DNA of 64,000 bases, taken from Promethearchaeota archaeon. GTDB lineage: Archaea > Asgardarchaeota > Lokiarchaeia > Sigyniarchaeales > SOKP01. This document shows positions 31,240-41,566 of the stretch, piece after piece. Within the stretch, counting starts at the first letter, position 1. The number at the start of each line of letters is the position of its first letter. Under the pieces are notes generated by a model. That model did no database searches, was not told where the DNA came from, and saw only the letters and a program-made list of their open reading frames with translations. Location of the stretch: the NCBI GenBank assembly GCA_016840085.1, contig JAEOTA010000012.1, positions 96,001-160,000 on the forward strand, in the 5' to 3' direction. The translations under genes were made by a program, and so were the position numbers.

Positions 31240-31529
31240 TCAAAATATTTATATATGTATTCTTATATTTATAATAATAAATAAAAGATTTCTATTATCG
31301 ATCTTTCCATATAAAACTCTATAAAGGTTATTAAATTGGAAAATATATACCATCCATCCAATCTGTCAGCATCTCATCTGTCGGCATCTTCCAGAGGCAA
31401 AAACTTCCTTGTTTTTCGGGAGTTAGAAGATTACAATATGGGGGGACGCCCATTCCCCCCATATTACGAATCGATAATTAAGAAAATCTTTTTTTTAATA
31501 ATTTAATAAATTTATAAGGAGAGTCAATT
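31240..31529. promoter_or_regulatory. Putative replication origin / cdc6 control region
   Basis: AT-rich tract ~31245-31290; ATCTGTC(A/G)GCATCT twice (31361-31389); ORB-like TTCCAGAGGCAAAAAC (31389-31404); perfect 12-bp inverted repeat 31435-31465. Confidence 0.55.
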
Positions 31530-32786
31530 TTGGGAAAGGAACATAATAAAGGGTTGTTGTGTGGTAGGTTTTTTGACTCTGTATTGAGAAGAGACTCTTT
31601 AATTAAAGAAGAAAAATTTTTAAGTATTGATTATCCTACAAGAATATTACATCGAGACGACAAATTAAATGAATTAGCTCTTCTTTATTCGTCTATGATA
31701 ACTCATGCAGGGTCTAGAGGCATAAATCAGATTGTATTAGGCGAGCGAGGGATTGGAAAAACGGCAACAGTAAGATATTTCGGCACAGAGTTAGAGAATA
31801 CAGCTTTAAGAAAAGGTATTAACCTTAAATACCTTCATATTAATTGTCGAAAAGAACGAACAGAATATAAAGCCTTAGTGAAAATTAACAAGCTTATTAA
31901 TAATCAGATTGCTAGTCGGGGTTATTCCCCACAAGATTTATTAGATTTTATCTATGATCATCTTGAAAAGGAAAATATGTTTCTTTTATTAGTTCTAGAT
32001 GAGCTGGATTATTTCTTAGTGAAGAATATCGATTTTCTTTATTCATTATTACGCATGTATGAAGATATAAATTCATCTTTACCTATTAAGAGAATATCGA
32101 TTATAGGCATCTTAAGGGAAATTAGTTTTTCGAAAGATAAATTCAACAGTATCAGTTCTTATTTTCCGGTCAACAGTATCGTATTTGATCGATATACAAA
32201 ACAAGAGACTTTCGATATTTTAAAGCATAGAGCGGAAATTAGCCTTAAGAAAGGCGTAATGAGCGATGAAATTATTGAAAAAATAGCAGATATTATTTTT
32301 AGGGGCGGTGATATAAGATGTGGTCTGAATCTCTTATGGCACGCTACTAAAATCGCCGAGAATAAAGGCTTAAGCGAGCTTACTTTAGGTTGTGTAAATT
32401 GTGCTTGTCAAGAGTTAGTGCCTTTTACCATTAAAGATTCATTATCAAACATGTCAGAACATAAACTATTATTTCTTTTTAGTATAATAGAACGTTCACG
32501 TAGAAATGGAAACACTGTCAGTTCTTTAGCTGAAGTTCTTAGTGAATATAGAGAGATCTGTAAAAGCACAGGAATATCTCCACATTCATATTCACAATTA
32601 TGGAATTATGCTCGCGATTGTGAATTGGACGAGATATTAAAATTAAAGGTGTGTGGTAAGGGCTTTAAAGGGCGTAAAACATTTGTAGAAATGCCCGACG
32701 TTCCCTTAATTAGATTAAGTGAAAACATCGCTAGCATATTACAATCGAAAGGTATAGCAGTAATAGAAAACGCAAAGGTAATTTGA
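31530..32786 (+). CDS. cdc6: Orc1/Cdc6 replication initiator
   Basis: ILHRD, Walker A GERGIGKT, HINCR, Walker B LVLDELD, GGDIR, C-terminal wH GKGFKGR. Confidence 0.95.
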   Translation: MGKEHNKGLLCGRFFDSVLRRDSLIKEEKFLSIDYPTRILHRDDKLNELALLYSSMITHAGSRGINQIVLGERGIGKTATVRYFGTELENTALRKGINLKYLHINCRKERTEYKALVKINKLINNQIASRGYSPQDLLDFIYDHLEKENMFLLLVLDELDYFLVKNIDFLYSLLRMYEDINSSLPIKRISIIGILREISFSKDKFNSISSYFPVNSIVFDRYTKQETFDILKHRAEISLKKGVMSDEIIEKIADIIFRGGDIRCGLNLLWHATKIAENKGLSELTLGCVNCACQELVPFTIKDSLSNMSEHKLLFLFSIIERSRRNGNTVSSLAEVLSEYREICKSTGISPHSYSQLWNYARDCELDEILKLKVCGKGFKGRKTFVEMPDVPLIRLSENIASILQSKGIAVIENAKVI

Positions 32787-32886
32787 AGAAAGATGAGAGA
32801 CTTCATTTTAATCGTTAAATCTAACAAAAAACTTCACTGGGGGGACTCTTATCCTTTAGAAATTACTCTTTGTCAAAAAAGGCGAT

Positions 32887-33177
32887 TTGGGAATGAGTAT
32901 GTATAGGAGTTATTTATTGAAAAATAATTTTTGGGCTAAAAAAGGCTGTGAGAAAAACACATATATTCGCCACGATATTAATGCAGGAGGTATTTATGCT
33001 ACAATCTCAGACAGTCCTAAAGGCGTAAACATTATGCTTGAGGGTGAAACATATTTTTTCAACAATTTTGATAAACTTGACGAATTCTTTGCTAATCTTC
33101 GTTTTTCTCATACTGATTTTGAAAGAATTCTAAAAAGAAAATTTGTGAGTAGGAAATTAAGAACATTAGAAATATAA
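32887..33177 (+). CDS. Hypothetical protein
   Basis: 96-aa ORF downstream of cdc6. Confidence 0.55.
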   Translation: MGMSMYRSYLLKNNFWAKKGCEKNTYIRHDINAGGIYATISDSPKGVNIMLEGETYFFNNFDKLDEFFANLRFSHTDFERILKRKFVSRKLRTLEI

Positions 33178-33496
33178 TTATTAATATCGGGGTAATTCAA
33201 AATGAGCATATTAGAAGATTTAGAATATATTAAAAAACAATATGAAAAATTAATCAAGATTTTCCCTGAAGATCAAACATTAAAAAGGTATTATAAAAAA
33301 GTTTCACACTCAATAGAAAAAATACAAAATGATAAGCCCATTTAGGCCTAAGATTTAATCTTTTTTTTTCTCTTTTATCTTCTACTTTGAATGATGTCTC
33401 TCCATGTCTAAACAGGGAGCTTTTATATATGATATAAAGGATATGATAATCATTGAATAATCATATAATTATATCTTATAATCGAGGTGTGTTATT

Positions 33497-34531
33497 ATAA
33501 ATTCCAATATTTTAGATAATGGAATACCCATATGTCCTGAATGTGGAGGAAATTTAATTGAAACTGTATCTGGGACGGTTTGTGAAAATTGTGGATTAAT
33601 CATAGACGAAAAAATCTATAAACCAAGCTCATTCACCTTTGATGACCATGAATCTATTAGATCTCTAAATAAACAATACGTATCTTTAGGATATAGGCCA
33701 GACTTCGTAGGAGGCCTAGGCTCTTTCATCGATTATGAGCATTCTAAGTTCTTAAGAGACAAAACAAGGAAACTTTTATCACCAGAAAAACAAAAATTAT
33801 ATCGTAGGCTGAAAATTAACTTCGATCAGAATGTACGGATTAAAAACAAAGAGACAGAGTATCGGATGTTTAATATCTTAAACAAAATAAGCCCCTTACT
33901 AAATTTAAATCTCAGTGCCCGAAATACAGCCACATATTTCTATAGGAAAATCATAAAAGCAGAGAAGGAAGCAGGTAAAAAAATAATAAATAATATAACG
34001 TTGCTTACGTTTTGTGTCTTTTATGCGATACGTCAAGAAAATCATAACGCTCCCATTACGGTGGATGAAGTAGTAAAAGCTTTTAATAGTTTTGGACATA
34101 GAGTAAGTGCAAGACTAATCTTAAGGGACGGTATTACATATAGAAATCATATTCGTAAAGAAACATATCATCATAAGAGTGAAGATTATCTTATTAGACT
34201 TATTGATGCCATAACAAAATATAAACACTTAAAAAAGAGATTAATGAAAAAAGGATGTCTATGGTCTATATTTGAATATAGAAATAAGCTAACAGAGATA
34301 AGTAGAAGAGTTTTAAAAGGGCTCTCTCAATGGGAACGCAGGGGGCGTAATCCCTTTATTATGGCTGGAGCAGTTATATATCTTGCAGATAAGTTATTAG
34401 CTCAAAAATTTATGATTAAACCAATTCTTACCCAGCAAATAATCTCCGTACAAACCTCTATTGCTGAATATTCTATACGAGATCATTATGTAAACGTATT
34501 GAAACCATTAAATTTACAATTAAAGGATTAG
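33497..34531 (+). CDS. tfb: Divergent full-length TFB (TFIIB); ATA/ATT start inferred
   Basis: Frame open upstream of 33866 through CPECGG...CENCGL; no in-frame ATG/GTG/TTG; GAGGTG at 33484-33489; GRNP and IAEYSIRDHY cyclin-repeat motifs. Confidence 0.88.
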   Translation: MNSNILDNGIPICPECGGNLIETVSGTVCENCGLIIDEKIYKPSSFTFDDHESIRSLNKQYVSLGYRPDFVGGLGSFIDYEHSKFLRDKTRKLLSPEKQKLYRRLKINFDQNVRIKNKETEYRMFNILNKISPLLNLNLSARNTATYFYRKIIKAEKEAGKKIINNITLLTFCVFYAIRQENHNAPITVDEVVKAFNSFGHRVSARLILRDGITYRNHIRKETYHHKSEDYLIRLIDAITKYKHLKKRLMKKGCLWSIFEYRNKLTEISRRVLKGLSQWERRGRNPFIMAGAVIYLADKLLAQKFMIKPILTQQIISVQTSIAEYSIRDHYVNVLKPLNLQLKD

Positions 34532-34878
34532 TAATAAAACAATTTATTGATAACCTAAAAATAATCTTTTAATACCATATACAACCTTTTATTGCTATTT
34601 TTTTTTATATTTATAATTTATTTCTATTTTTTTTTATATTTATATTTTATTTCGCAATTTCTTTAATTAGTATTTCATACACTAATTTAGTTATTAAAAT
34701 GAATTTTATATATTTCATCAAAGAGACGTAAAGTCTAGATAACCCTATGATACTCTTTATTAATATGTACTATATATATAACTAATTTTTCTTATTTGTA
34801 TCTTTAAATCACTTTCTAATTTCATCGCACCTTTAAAGTTTATGGGATAACAACATTGATCTATTTCTTTTATTCTCT

Positions 34879-36420
34879 TTAAAATTTCATAATTTCTTTT
34901 TCCATTCTGTTAGGTATTTCCATAGAATTAAATTTGAATATACCTATGATATTTTCTGATGGAATATCTGCAAATTTCTTAGGATCGTCATTAGGATATG
35001 CCAATGAGGTTGTGATTTTAATTGGAGGTAGAACTTTGAATAACCATTGAGAATTATCTTGACTGGTGAATAGCCACCATTCTGGATTTTCATAAGTCTC
35101 TAAAACCATTTTATTTTTTGGGATTTCTGATCTTAGTAATTTAAAAGCAAAAGGAAAAAATATCTTCAGATTACTTTCAAATTTAGTCCTTGAATCTGAA
35201 AGAATAATTTTTGAGTTATATTTTAAAGCTTTAAGCCGTGTTGATTTTGATCTTTCAATTAATCTTATATTTGACTGATTTGTTTCTTTAATATCAAAAT
35301 AAAATTTATCTAACACTTTTTTACTGATTAAAGGGCTTACGCATTCTACTAAATTAAATTTTCTTTCCTGAAATTTCCAATCTTCTTCCCCCTCAAGAAA
35401 TTTATTGAGTTCATCATTCATTATATACTTAATTGTGGAAAGTAATATATCTATATCCTCAGTGAAACCCTTATCGCTAGCATGAGTCCTAATACTATGC
35501 CCTATTTCATTTCTTCTTTGATATATTCTTCTCAATCTTTTTTTCATCAACCTAATTGGTTCAATTTCTTTCATTTCTTCAGATAATCTATTCATAAAAT
35601 AGCTTTTAAAACGTTGGCTAAGAGAAAGACGAATCCTTCTATCCAATGGAAAATATGCATTTATTAAAGAATCTAGTTGATTTTTCTTTTTCTTATCAAA
35701 CTTATTACTATTCTGCTTCAAGAAATTTTTAAAAAGGGTTCTTAAATTTTTATGTAATTCTTCTTGTTCCTCTAGAGTAGCAATTGCACTACCCCATAAT
35801 TCAGAATAACCATTATATTCTGACCAACAATGAATAATCCCTTCAAAAACTGCAAAACTATAGAAATAATGTATTACAGCAGAATATCCCTTATTTGAAA
35901 CTGCATGATTGTACATTAGTGCTTTTAATTCATTAGTTGATCCATATTGAAGTAATTTCTTTAATAATGGAATCACAAGGTCATATCTATTGAACTTTAT
36001 ATTAAAACTACTTCCAGTACTACAATAAGGATTAAGTGTGTTCTGAAATGAATAACTCGAATTATTATTTTCAATATGAAAAAAAATTCTTGCTTTTAAA
36101 TTAAGATTAAGAAGAAAACGCATTATATATAATGCATCCCAACTCCAATTACATAATTCTTTATATAAATCCATATTTTCTTCAAATTTATCTTTTGGAA
36201 TTATTTCCATTCCTATCCAAATAGATCTAGTATCCCTACTAAAATCTTCACTAAGAGGAGATAATTTTACTTCTGGTTTTGGTTCTATGTTATTTATATA
36301 AGTAATTCCATTCTTAAAGCAAGTTTGCCCAGTTTTCAATAAATCATCAGTATATTCAATAAGTTAATTAATTCCATAATAATCACTTTTATCAATTAAA
36401 TGAATTAAGAAAAAAGACAT
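34879..36420 (-). pseudogene. ApeA-like HEPN domain protein with an in-frame TAA at 36364-36366 (or an intact gene from TTG 36339)
   Basis: FAVFEGI...RIYQRRNEIGH (Rx4H); in-frame ATG at 36420 followed by a stop at codon 19. Confidence 0.55.
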
Positions 36421-36593
36421 AGTCCTAATATCAAAAACAATAGTTTTTAATTATATTATTTTATCGAGTTATAATAATAATTATTAGCTATTTAAACTAT
36501 TTTAACCAAACTTATAAAAAAACTATAACTAAAGCTGTTAAACATTAATGATGGGGGATTAAATATATTAAAAAAAAATAATATAATTATTTA

Positions 36594-36839
36594 TTATTCC
36601 CAGATGATTTCCTCATCTGGATGTTTAGCAGTTATCTCTTTCTGTATTAAGTTATGAATCTGAGAGTTATATTTCGCTGTATGTTCTTTCTTTCGTAGGT
36701 CAAATCCAACAAGAGCGGCATCATCAATCATGGAAGTTTTAATAGCTATACATGAATCATTGGAGTTTCTTTTTTTATTAAGCTGGATTATATCTAAAAA
36801 GAAATGGTAGAGTTTTTTAAACATTTTTATCATCTCCAT
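36594..36839 (-). CDS. Small hypothetical protein
   Basis: Member of a co-oriented small-ORF cluster. Confidence 0.5.
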   Translation of the reverse strand: MEMIKMFKKLYHFFLDIIQLNKKRNSNDSCIAIKTSMIDDAALVGFDLRKKEHTAKYNSQIHNLIQKEITAKHPDEEIIWE

Positions 36840-37002
36840 TTATTTATTATATAAACTACATGAAAAGAGGAGGTTCTAGACTCGGATGATACAAGGGCGA
36901 AGGATAACAGCTATAATAGACGTAGAGAACCAATATGTAACACATAATTATCCCCTTTAATACATAATTAGAAAAAGTGAAGGCATTGATCATCCGAATT
37001 AT

Positions 37003-37209
37003 CTACTCCTCTTTTATTGTGCGTCTGCTTTGATTCTCCTCAAACTCCTTATCTGTTTCTATGTTGAAGTCTAAATCACCTCTTAATATGTCTCTAGTCA
37101 CTACTTCTTGAGTAAGTAAACCTGCATTTGGAAAATCTTCTAATGCCCTTTCCCACGCTTTCTCACACTCTTGATGAGTAAACCCTAAATTATATATCAG
37201 AAAAATCAA
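37003..37209 (-). CDS. Small hypothetical protein
   Basis: Small-ORF cluster. Confidence 0.5.
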   Translation of the reverse strand: MIFLIYNLGFTHQECEKAWERALEDFPNAGLLTQEVVTRDILRGDLDFNIETDKEFEENQSRRTIKEE

Positions 37210-37441
37210 AAATGGAGTTCTTATTTCTTTTTTTTTTAACCAATTTTTAAACTCTCACCTAACTTTTGTTGTTAAAAGCTGATACAATTCATATATGAAT
37301 AAAGCAACAATAAATACGACAAAATATATTACATATATTAGATCCATTTTGTTATTCCTCTAACTTGAATAATTTTTCCTCATAATACATCAACATTTCA
37401 TAAAACCAGAGATACTTATCCTTATATTCGCCCCGATCTAA

Positions 37442-37642
37442 TTATGCGAGGACAATATACATCGTATCGGCATAATACACTTTTCTTTTCCATTTTCTTA
37501 CTTTTTTCGCGTTATATTTACGCGTTTCCGAAGGATCAGTCATATATCCTCTTTCTGAGCCACAATGACTACATTCAAATCTCTGGTTCTCGCCAACCCA
37601 AGTAAGTTTATAGCAGTTATGACATTTCCATAAATTTTTCAT
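37442..37642 (-). CDS. Small Zn-ribbon protein
   Basis: CHNC...CSHCGS. Confidence 0.7.
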   Translation of the reverse strand: MKNLWKCHNCYKLTWVGENQRFECSHCGSERGYMTDPSETRKYNAKKVRKWKRKVYYADTMYIVLA

Positions 37643-37646
37643 TTAT

Positions 37647-37949
37647 CTAACCGAAAGGGTCATTTTTTTTATTATAAAATTTAAGCAAAATCGTATTCTT
37701 AGTATCAAGGTTATTGAAATATCTCGATTTGAAATTATAGGTAAGGAACAATTTTAAAAACTGTTGAGAACTCTCTAATTTAGCCTCATACCCAGAATTA
37801 CATTTTTCAAAAACCAGACCTGTATTTTCTGTAATATGGTCTATTGCGGCAGAATTAATATTTTTAGCAAGGATAAAGACTTTGGGTAAATCTATGGTAT
37901 ATTCCCTTCCATTTCCATTAATTAATTCTATTTTTTCTGGATTTTCCAT
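37647..37949 (-). CDS. Hypothetical protein
   Basis: Operonic ORF. Confidence 0.65.
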   Translation of the reverse strand: MENPEKIELINGNGREYTIDLPKVFILAKNINSAAIDHITENTGLVFEKCNSGYEAKLESSQQFLKLFLTYNFKSRYFNNLDTKNTILLKFYNKKNDPFG

Positions 37950-37982
37950 TTTAATACACTTACTTCCAAATATTAAAATTTA

Positions 37983-38297
37983 TTAAAACAGTTTTGTAAT
38001 CCCGAATCTTCTCAGCCATCGCTCGATTGTACCGAAATATACACCTTGATTATCTGCAATTTCTTGCCTTGACTTATTTTTGACCACATATTCATTATAA
38101 AGCCATTCCTTATTTCGATAGTCGAAATGAGTTTGGATTTTTTTATGGAGCTTGAATTTAGAAACCCATGATTGAATAGTTCCAATGCTCGCGTCACATT
38201 TTTTTGCTATATCTTTAAGAAATAGATTATTTGTAATATATTGTTCCGTGAGCCATTCTTTATTTCTATATGTTGATTCTGAAAGATCTGTACTCAT
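37983..38297 (-). CDS. Tandem HTH repeat protein
   Basis: Two copies of YRNKEWL..Y......IA......TI..W...F. Confidence 0.85.
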   Translation of the reverse strand: MSTDLSESTYRNKEWLTEQYITNNLFLKDIAKKCDASIGTIQSWVSKFKLHKKIQTHFDYRNKEWLYNEYVVKNKSRQEIADNQGVYFGTIERWLRRFGITKLF

Positions 38298-38434
38298 TTG
38301 TCTTTTTCGCCCTCTTTATCTTTATTTGGTTTTACTAACGTCATAACGAAATCGTGCCAAGAAAGTTTGCCTTTAGCCTTTTTTAACCTTTCATAATCTT
38401 TATTTTCCAGATGGATTAATATTGTCTTTACCAA
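38294..38434 (-). CDS. 46-aa RHH/antitoxin-like DNA-binding protein (absent from the ORF track)
   Basis: MVKTILIHLENKDYERLKKAKGKLSWHDFV...; ATGA overlap with the HTH gene. Confidence 0.65.
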   Translation of the reverse strand: MVKTILIHLENKDYERLKKAKGKLSWHDFVMTLVKPNKDKEGEKDK

Positions 38435-38690
38435 TTTTATGTCTCTCGATATTTTTTTATTCAATTTTTAGTTAGATAGTTTGATAGATAGAAAGTAATC
38501 ATTTTAGTATATAAATGTATGCTATCTATCATATACTCGCCATATGATCAAAATAAAAAAGATTAAAAAAAAGAAAGTTAGGAATTAATTATGTTATCTA
38601 ATTTACTTTTTGTGTTATTTTTCGCGAAAAAGATATAGATTTATATACTAAAATTCTGATAAAATTGTAAGAAAAATATATGACTCTTGT

Positions 38691-38972
38691 ATGAATATGG
38701 GATGTAAACGAAATTTTGAAACTTTCAAAACACTACTCACAGAAGAAGCATTAAGGATTGTTTTAGATAAGAACAACTATATTAATTCTCAAAAATGTGC
38801 CATCTGTGGTGAAATCGACCCTTGTGGCTTTTTTAAACGTTTCCATTTATATTTATATGAAAATACGGACCGCTTTATTACACTCCATTCTAAATGTGTA
38901 TTCAGAGAAGGTATTTATGAGTCATTGGATGATCTTTTGCAAAATTTTCAATATATTACGTATATAGATTAA
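38691..38972 (+). CDS. Small Zn-finger protein
   Basis: CAIC...HSKC. Confidence 0.6.
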   Translation: MNMGCKRNFETFKTLLTEEALRIVLDKNNYINSQKCAICGEIDPCGFFKRFHLYLYENTDRFITLHSKCVFREGIYESLDDLLQNFQYITYID

Positions 38973-39204
38973 ATCATATTTATGAATCAAAAATATCATT
39001 TTATCAGGGGTAGCTTTTTCGTTTACATTTAACATTACTTAGAATAGGATCTAAAGCATAAACAAAATAAAAGATAATTTATGGGGGTTTTTTAATGTTT
39101 AGAGAGACAAAATTATATGACTTGATTCCCTTCGCGAATCAAGGACATTTCTCTAATTATTTAATTATTGGAACACCGGCAAAATAAGGATTAGTGAATA
39201 AAAT

Positions 39205-39483
39205 ATGATAATTATAGAATATAGGATAAAAGAACAGAAATTAAAGCAAGAATATAATTTAGAGAATATATGGGAAAGAAGATTATTGGTTAGCTTTCTG
39301 AACACAGCAATTAAGGATGATAATAAAGAAATCCTAGATGTTTATTTAAAGGAAGAAGCTACTCCAACTATAGAGATTATAGATCATGCACCTGTTAAAA
39401 ATACTATACTCCCAAGCCATCTACAAGATAGGTTTGATGATATCAAACGAAAATTAAAAAATTACAGGAGTTATAACTCATAA
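39205..39483 (+). CDS. Hypothetical protein
   Basis: 92-aa ORF with upstream AGTGA. Confidence 0.55.
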   Translation: MIIIEYRIKEQKLKQEYNLENIWERRLLVSFLNTAIKDDNKEILDVYLKEEATPTIEIIDHAPVKNTILPSHLQDRFDDIKRKLKNYRSYNS

Positions 39484-39762
39484 ACCAAGATTCTCGATTT
39501 TGAATCTCATCAAATTGATCTGATAATACAGAAACTTACCATCTTTTACAGGTCTTAGAAAACCTTTCTCTACATAATCGTTTAAAGATTTAAAAAACTT
39601 CTTTTTTTTATAATTATTCCTTGTTTTGAATTTGAAGAGCTTATAGATGTGTTCGGGCTTTATTATTAAGAGGTTGACGTTTTTTAAATAATGTAAGAAA
39701 TCTAACACATTCTTATTAATTTTTTTCGACTCTAATAGCTGTTGTTTTATCGAAATCAACAA
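39478..39762 (-). CDS. Probable winged-helix protein
   Basis: SLNDYVEKGFLRPVKDGKFLYYQIN. Confidence 0.55.
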   Translation of the reverse strand: MLISIKQQLLESKKINKNVLDFLHYLKNVNLLIIKPEHIYKLFKFKTRNNYKKKKFFKSLNDYVEKGFLRPVKDGKFLYYQINLMRFKIENLGL

Positions 39763-40125
39763 ACACCCTTTTTTAGAAAAATATTTTTATTCTATAATAA
39801 TTTGTTTAATAAGATTATTACAGCATTCCCAATATAAGAGAGGATCAATCTTATTGCCGTAAAGAATGGGAACGGGTTTGCAATGTGAAAGAAGCTTAGG
39901 TTCGATAGCGGTATAACTGATTTTTATCATTAATCCCACTATGTCCGCAAACAAACCACATGTAGAAAAAATAGACAATAACCGACAAAATAGTTGCCCC
40001 TCATTAAGATTGAATGAAGTAAACCAATAAAAACTATAAACCAAGCGGTTTAAATTCTTATATACAGATATATAATACCACAAAATCAATAGAATTTAAA
40101 CACCATTTATTAGGTAATTAGAACA

Positions 40126-41355
40126 ATGCATTTACAAAAAAAGTCATTTATATTGATCTTTATTGTGGTTATAACTGCTAGTACTGGATTAATTTCCTTT
40201 TCTACCGCATGTAATAACAGTGATAACAATACTAATTATGCTGAGTGGCGCGTCTCTAATAATCAACCATATCTATATGCAAAAGCAGACGATTATTATA
40301 CTCTCGGTTATTTAGAAGGTCAGAACTTAGCATTTCAAACCGCATGGATGAAATTAATGATCATGCTTCAGGCTCAAGAGCTTGGTCTCTCATATGATAT
40401 AGCCGTGTATTATTCGTTAGAGTATCTTGATTATATCCCTGAAGAATATATACTTGAAATACAAGGAATTGCCGATGCAATTGATGTTGTATATGTTCCA
40501 TTTATGGGTCAGCTATATGAAATATCAATTGATTTTATGGATGTTCTAGCTCAAAATTGCTTCTGGGACATCTATTATGGCAAGATTATTCCTATACTCA
40601 CAGGATATCCTCAACCACCCTTGATCGTTGGGGGTTGTACCGGTATTGCCTCAAAAACAAGGAGTTCTACTGTATTAGGACAGACTCTTGATTTTTCACT
40701 TCTTATGCAACCTACAGCCTCTTGGGTATATACCAAAATCAATGGAAAGAAAGCCTTCTCATTTAGATTGGGAAGCATGTTAGCTATGGGGGGTGTTAAT
40801 AGATATGGTATATCGGTTTCAGTTAACTTACTCGAAGTGCTTAATGTAGGATGTGCAGGAAAACCTCTTTCAATAGTGTATAGGGACGTATTAGAAAACG
40901 CTAATACTGTAAGAAAAGCTGAGAATATTATACTTACAAACGATTTCACACTAGGTTGGAATTATATTATAAGAGGAATAAGTTCTATAGTAGCAATCGA
41001 GACAATTCCAAACGCTTATAGTATTGAAAGAGTGAAACGAAATCAGTATGCTTTTGATGCCAATATCTACGAAAATGAACTATTTAAAATGTTTATGATC
41101 TTTCCTACTAAATATGTTGAACGCTATAACAGAGTATCTGAGCTATGTCAAACCTATAGTCAGGACGGACGATTAACCTATAAAGACATATCCGAAATAT
41201 ACACAGATTCATTAATCTCACGGAGATTTACCTCACCAGATCCTTTAAGTGTAGGTACAGTAGGCTTTTTCTTTGTCAGAGGCATACGGAGTGTATACTT
41301 CGGCTTAGGAAATCCCGCAGACTCACCTTTAGGAGTTATAACCAGATTTAACTAA
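40126..41355 (+). CDS. C45 family Ntn-hydrolase/peptidase, secreted or membrane-anchored
   Basis: Signal-like N-terminus; LGYLEG; GGCT nucleophile site; GQTLDF; GVNRYGISVSVN. Confidence 0.85.
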   Translation: MHLQKKSFILIFIVVITASTGLISFSTACNNSDNNTNYAEWRVSNNQPYLYAKADDYYTLGYLEGQNLAFQTAWMKLMIMLQAQELGLSYDIAVYYSLEYLDYIPEEYILEIQGIADAIDVVYVPFMGQLYEISIDFMDVLAQNCFWDIYYGKIIPILTGYPQPPLIVGGCTGIASKTRSSTVLGQTLDFSLLMQPTASWVYTKINGKKAFSFRLGSMLAMGGVNRYGISVSVNLLEVLNVGCAGKPLSIVYRDVLENANTVRKAENIILTNDFTLGWNYIIRGISSIVAIETIPNAYSIERVKRNQYAFDANIYENELFKMFMIFPTKYVERYNRVSELCQTYSQDGRLTYKDISEIYTDSLISRRFTSPDPLSVGTVGFFFVRGIRSVYFGLGNPADSPLGVITRFN

Positions 41356-41566
41356 GAATTAAATATGATTTGGGATTTCTAAAATCTTAAATCCTTTTTT
41401 TTTATTTATTATTACTTTCTCAGGAGAAAAATTGAGATTATTAAAGTAATCTTATAACTATATAATAATGTCTGATATAGAAGAAATAATCAAATTCAAA
41501 AATCAAATATCTGATTTTTGTAAGAACTATCGTCAAGAAAAAGGTGATTGTTATAATTGCCCTTTA

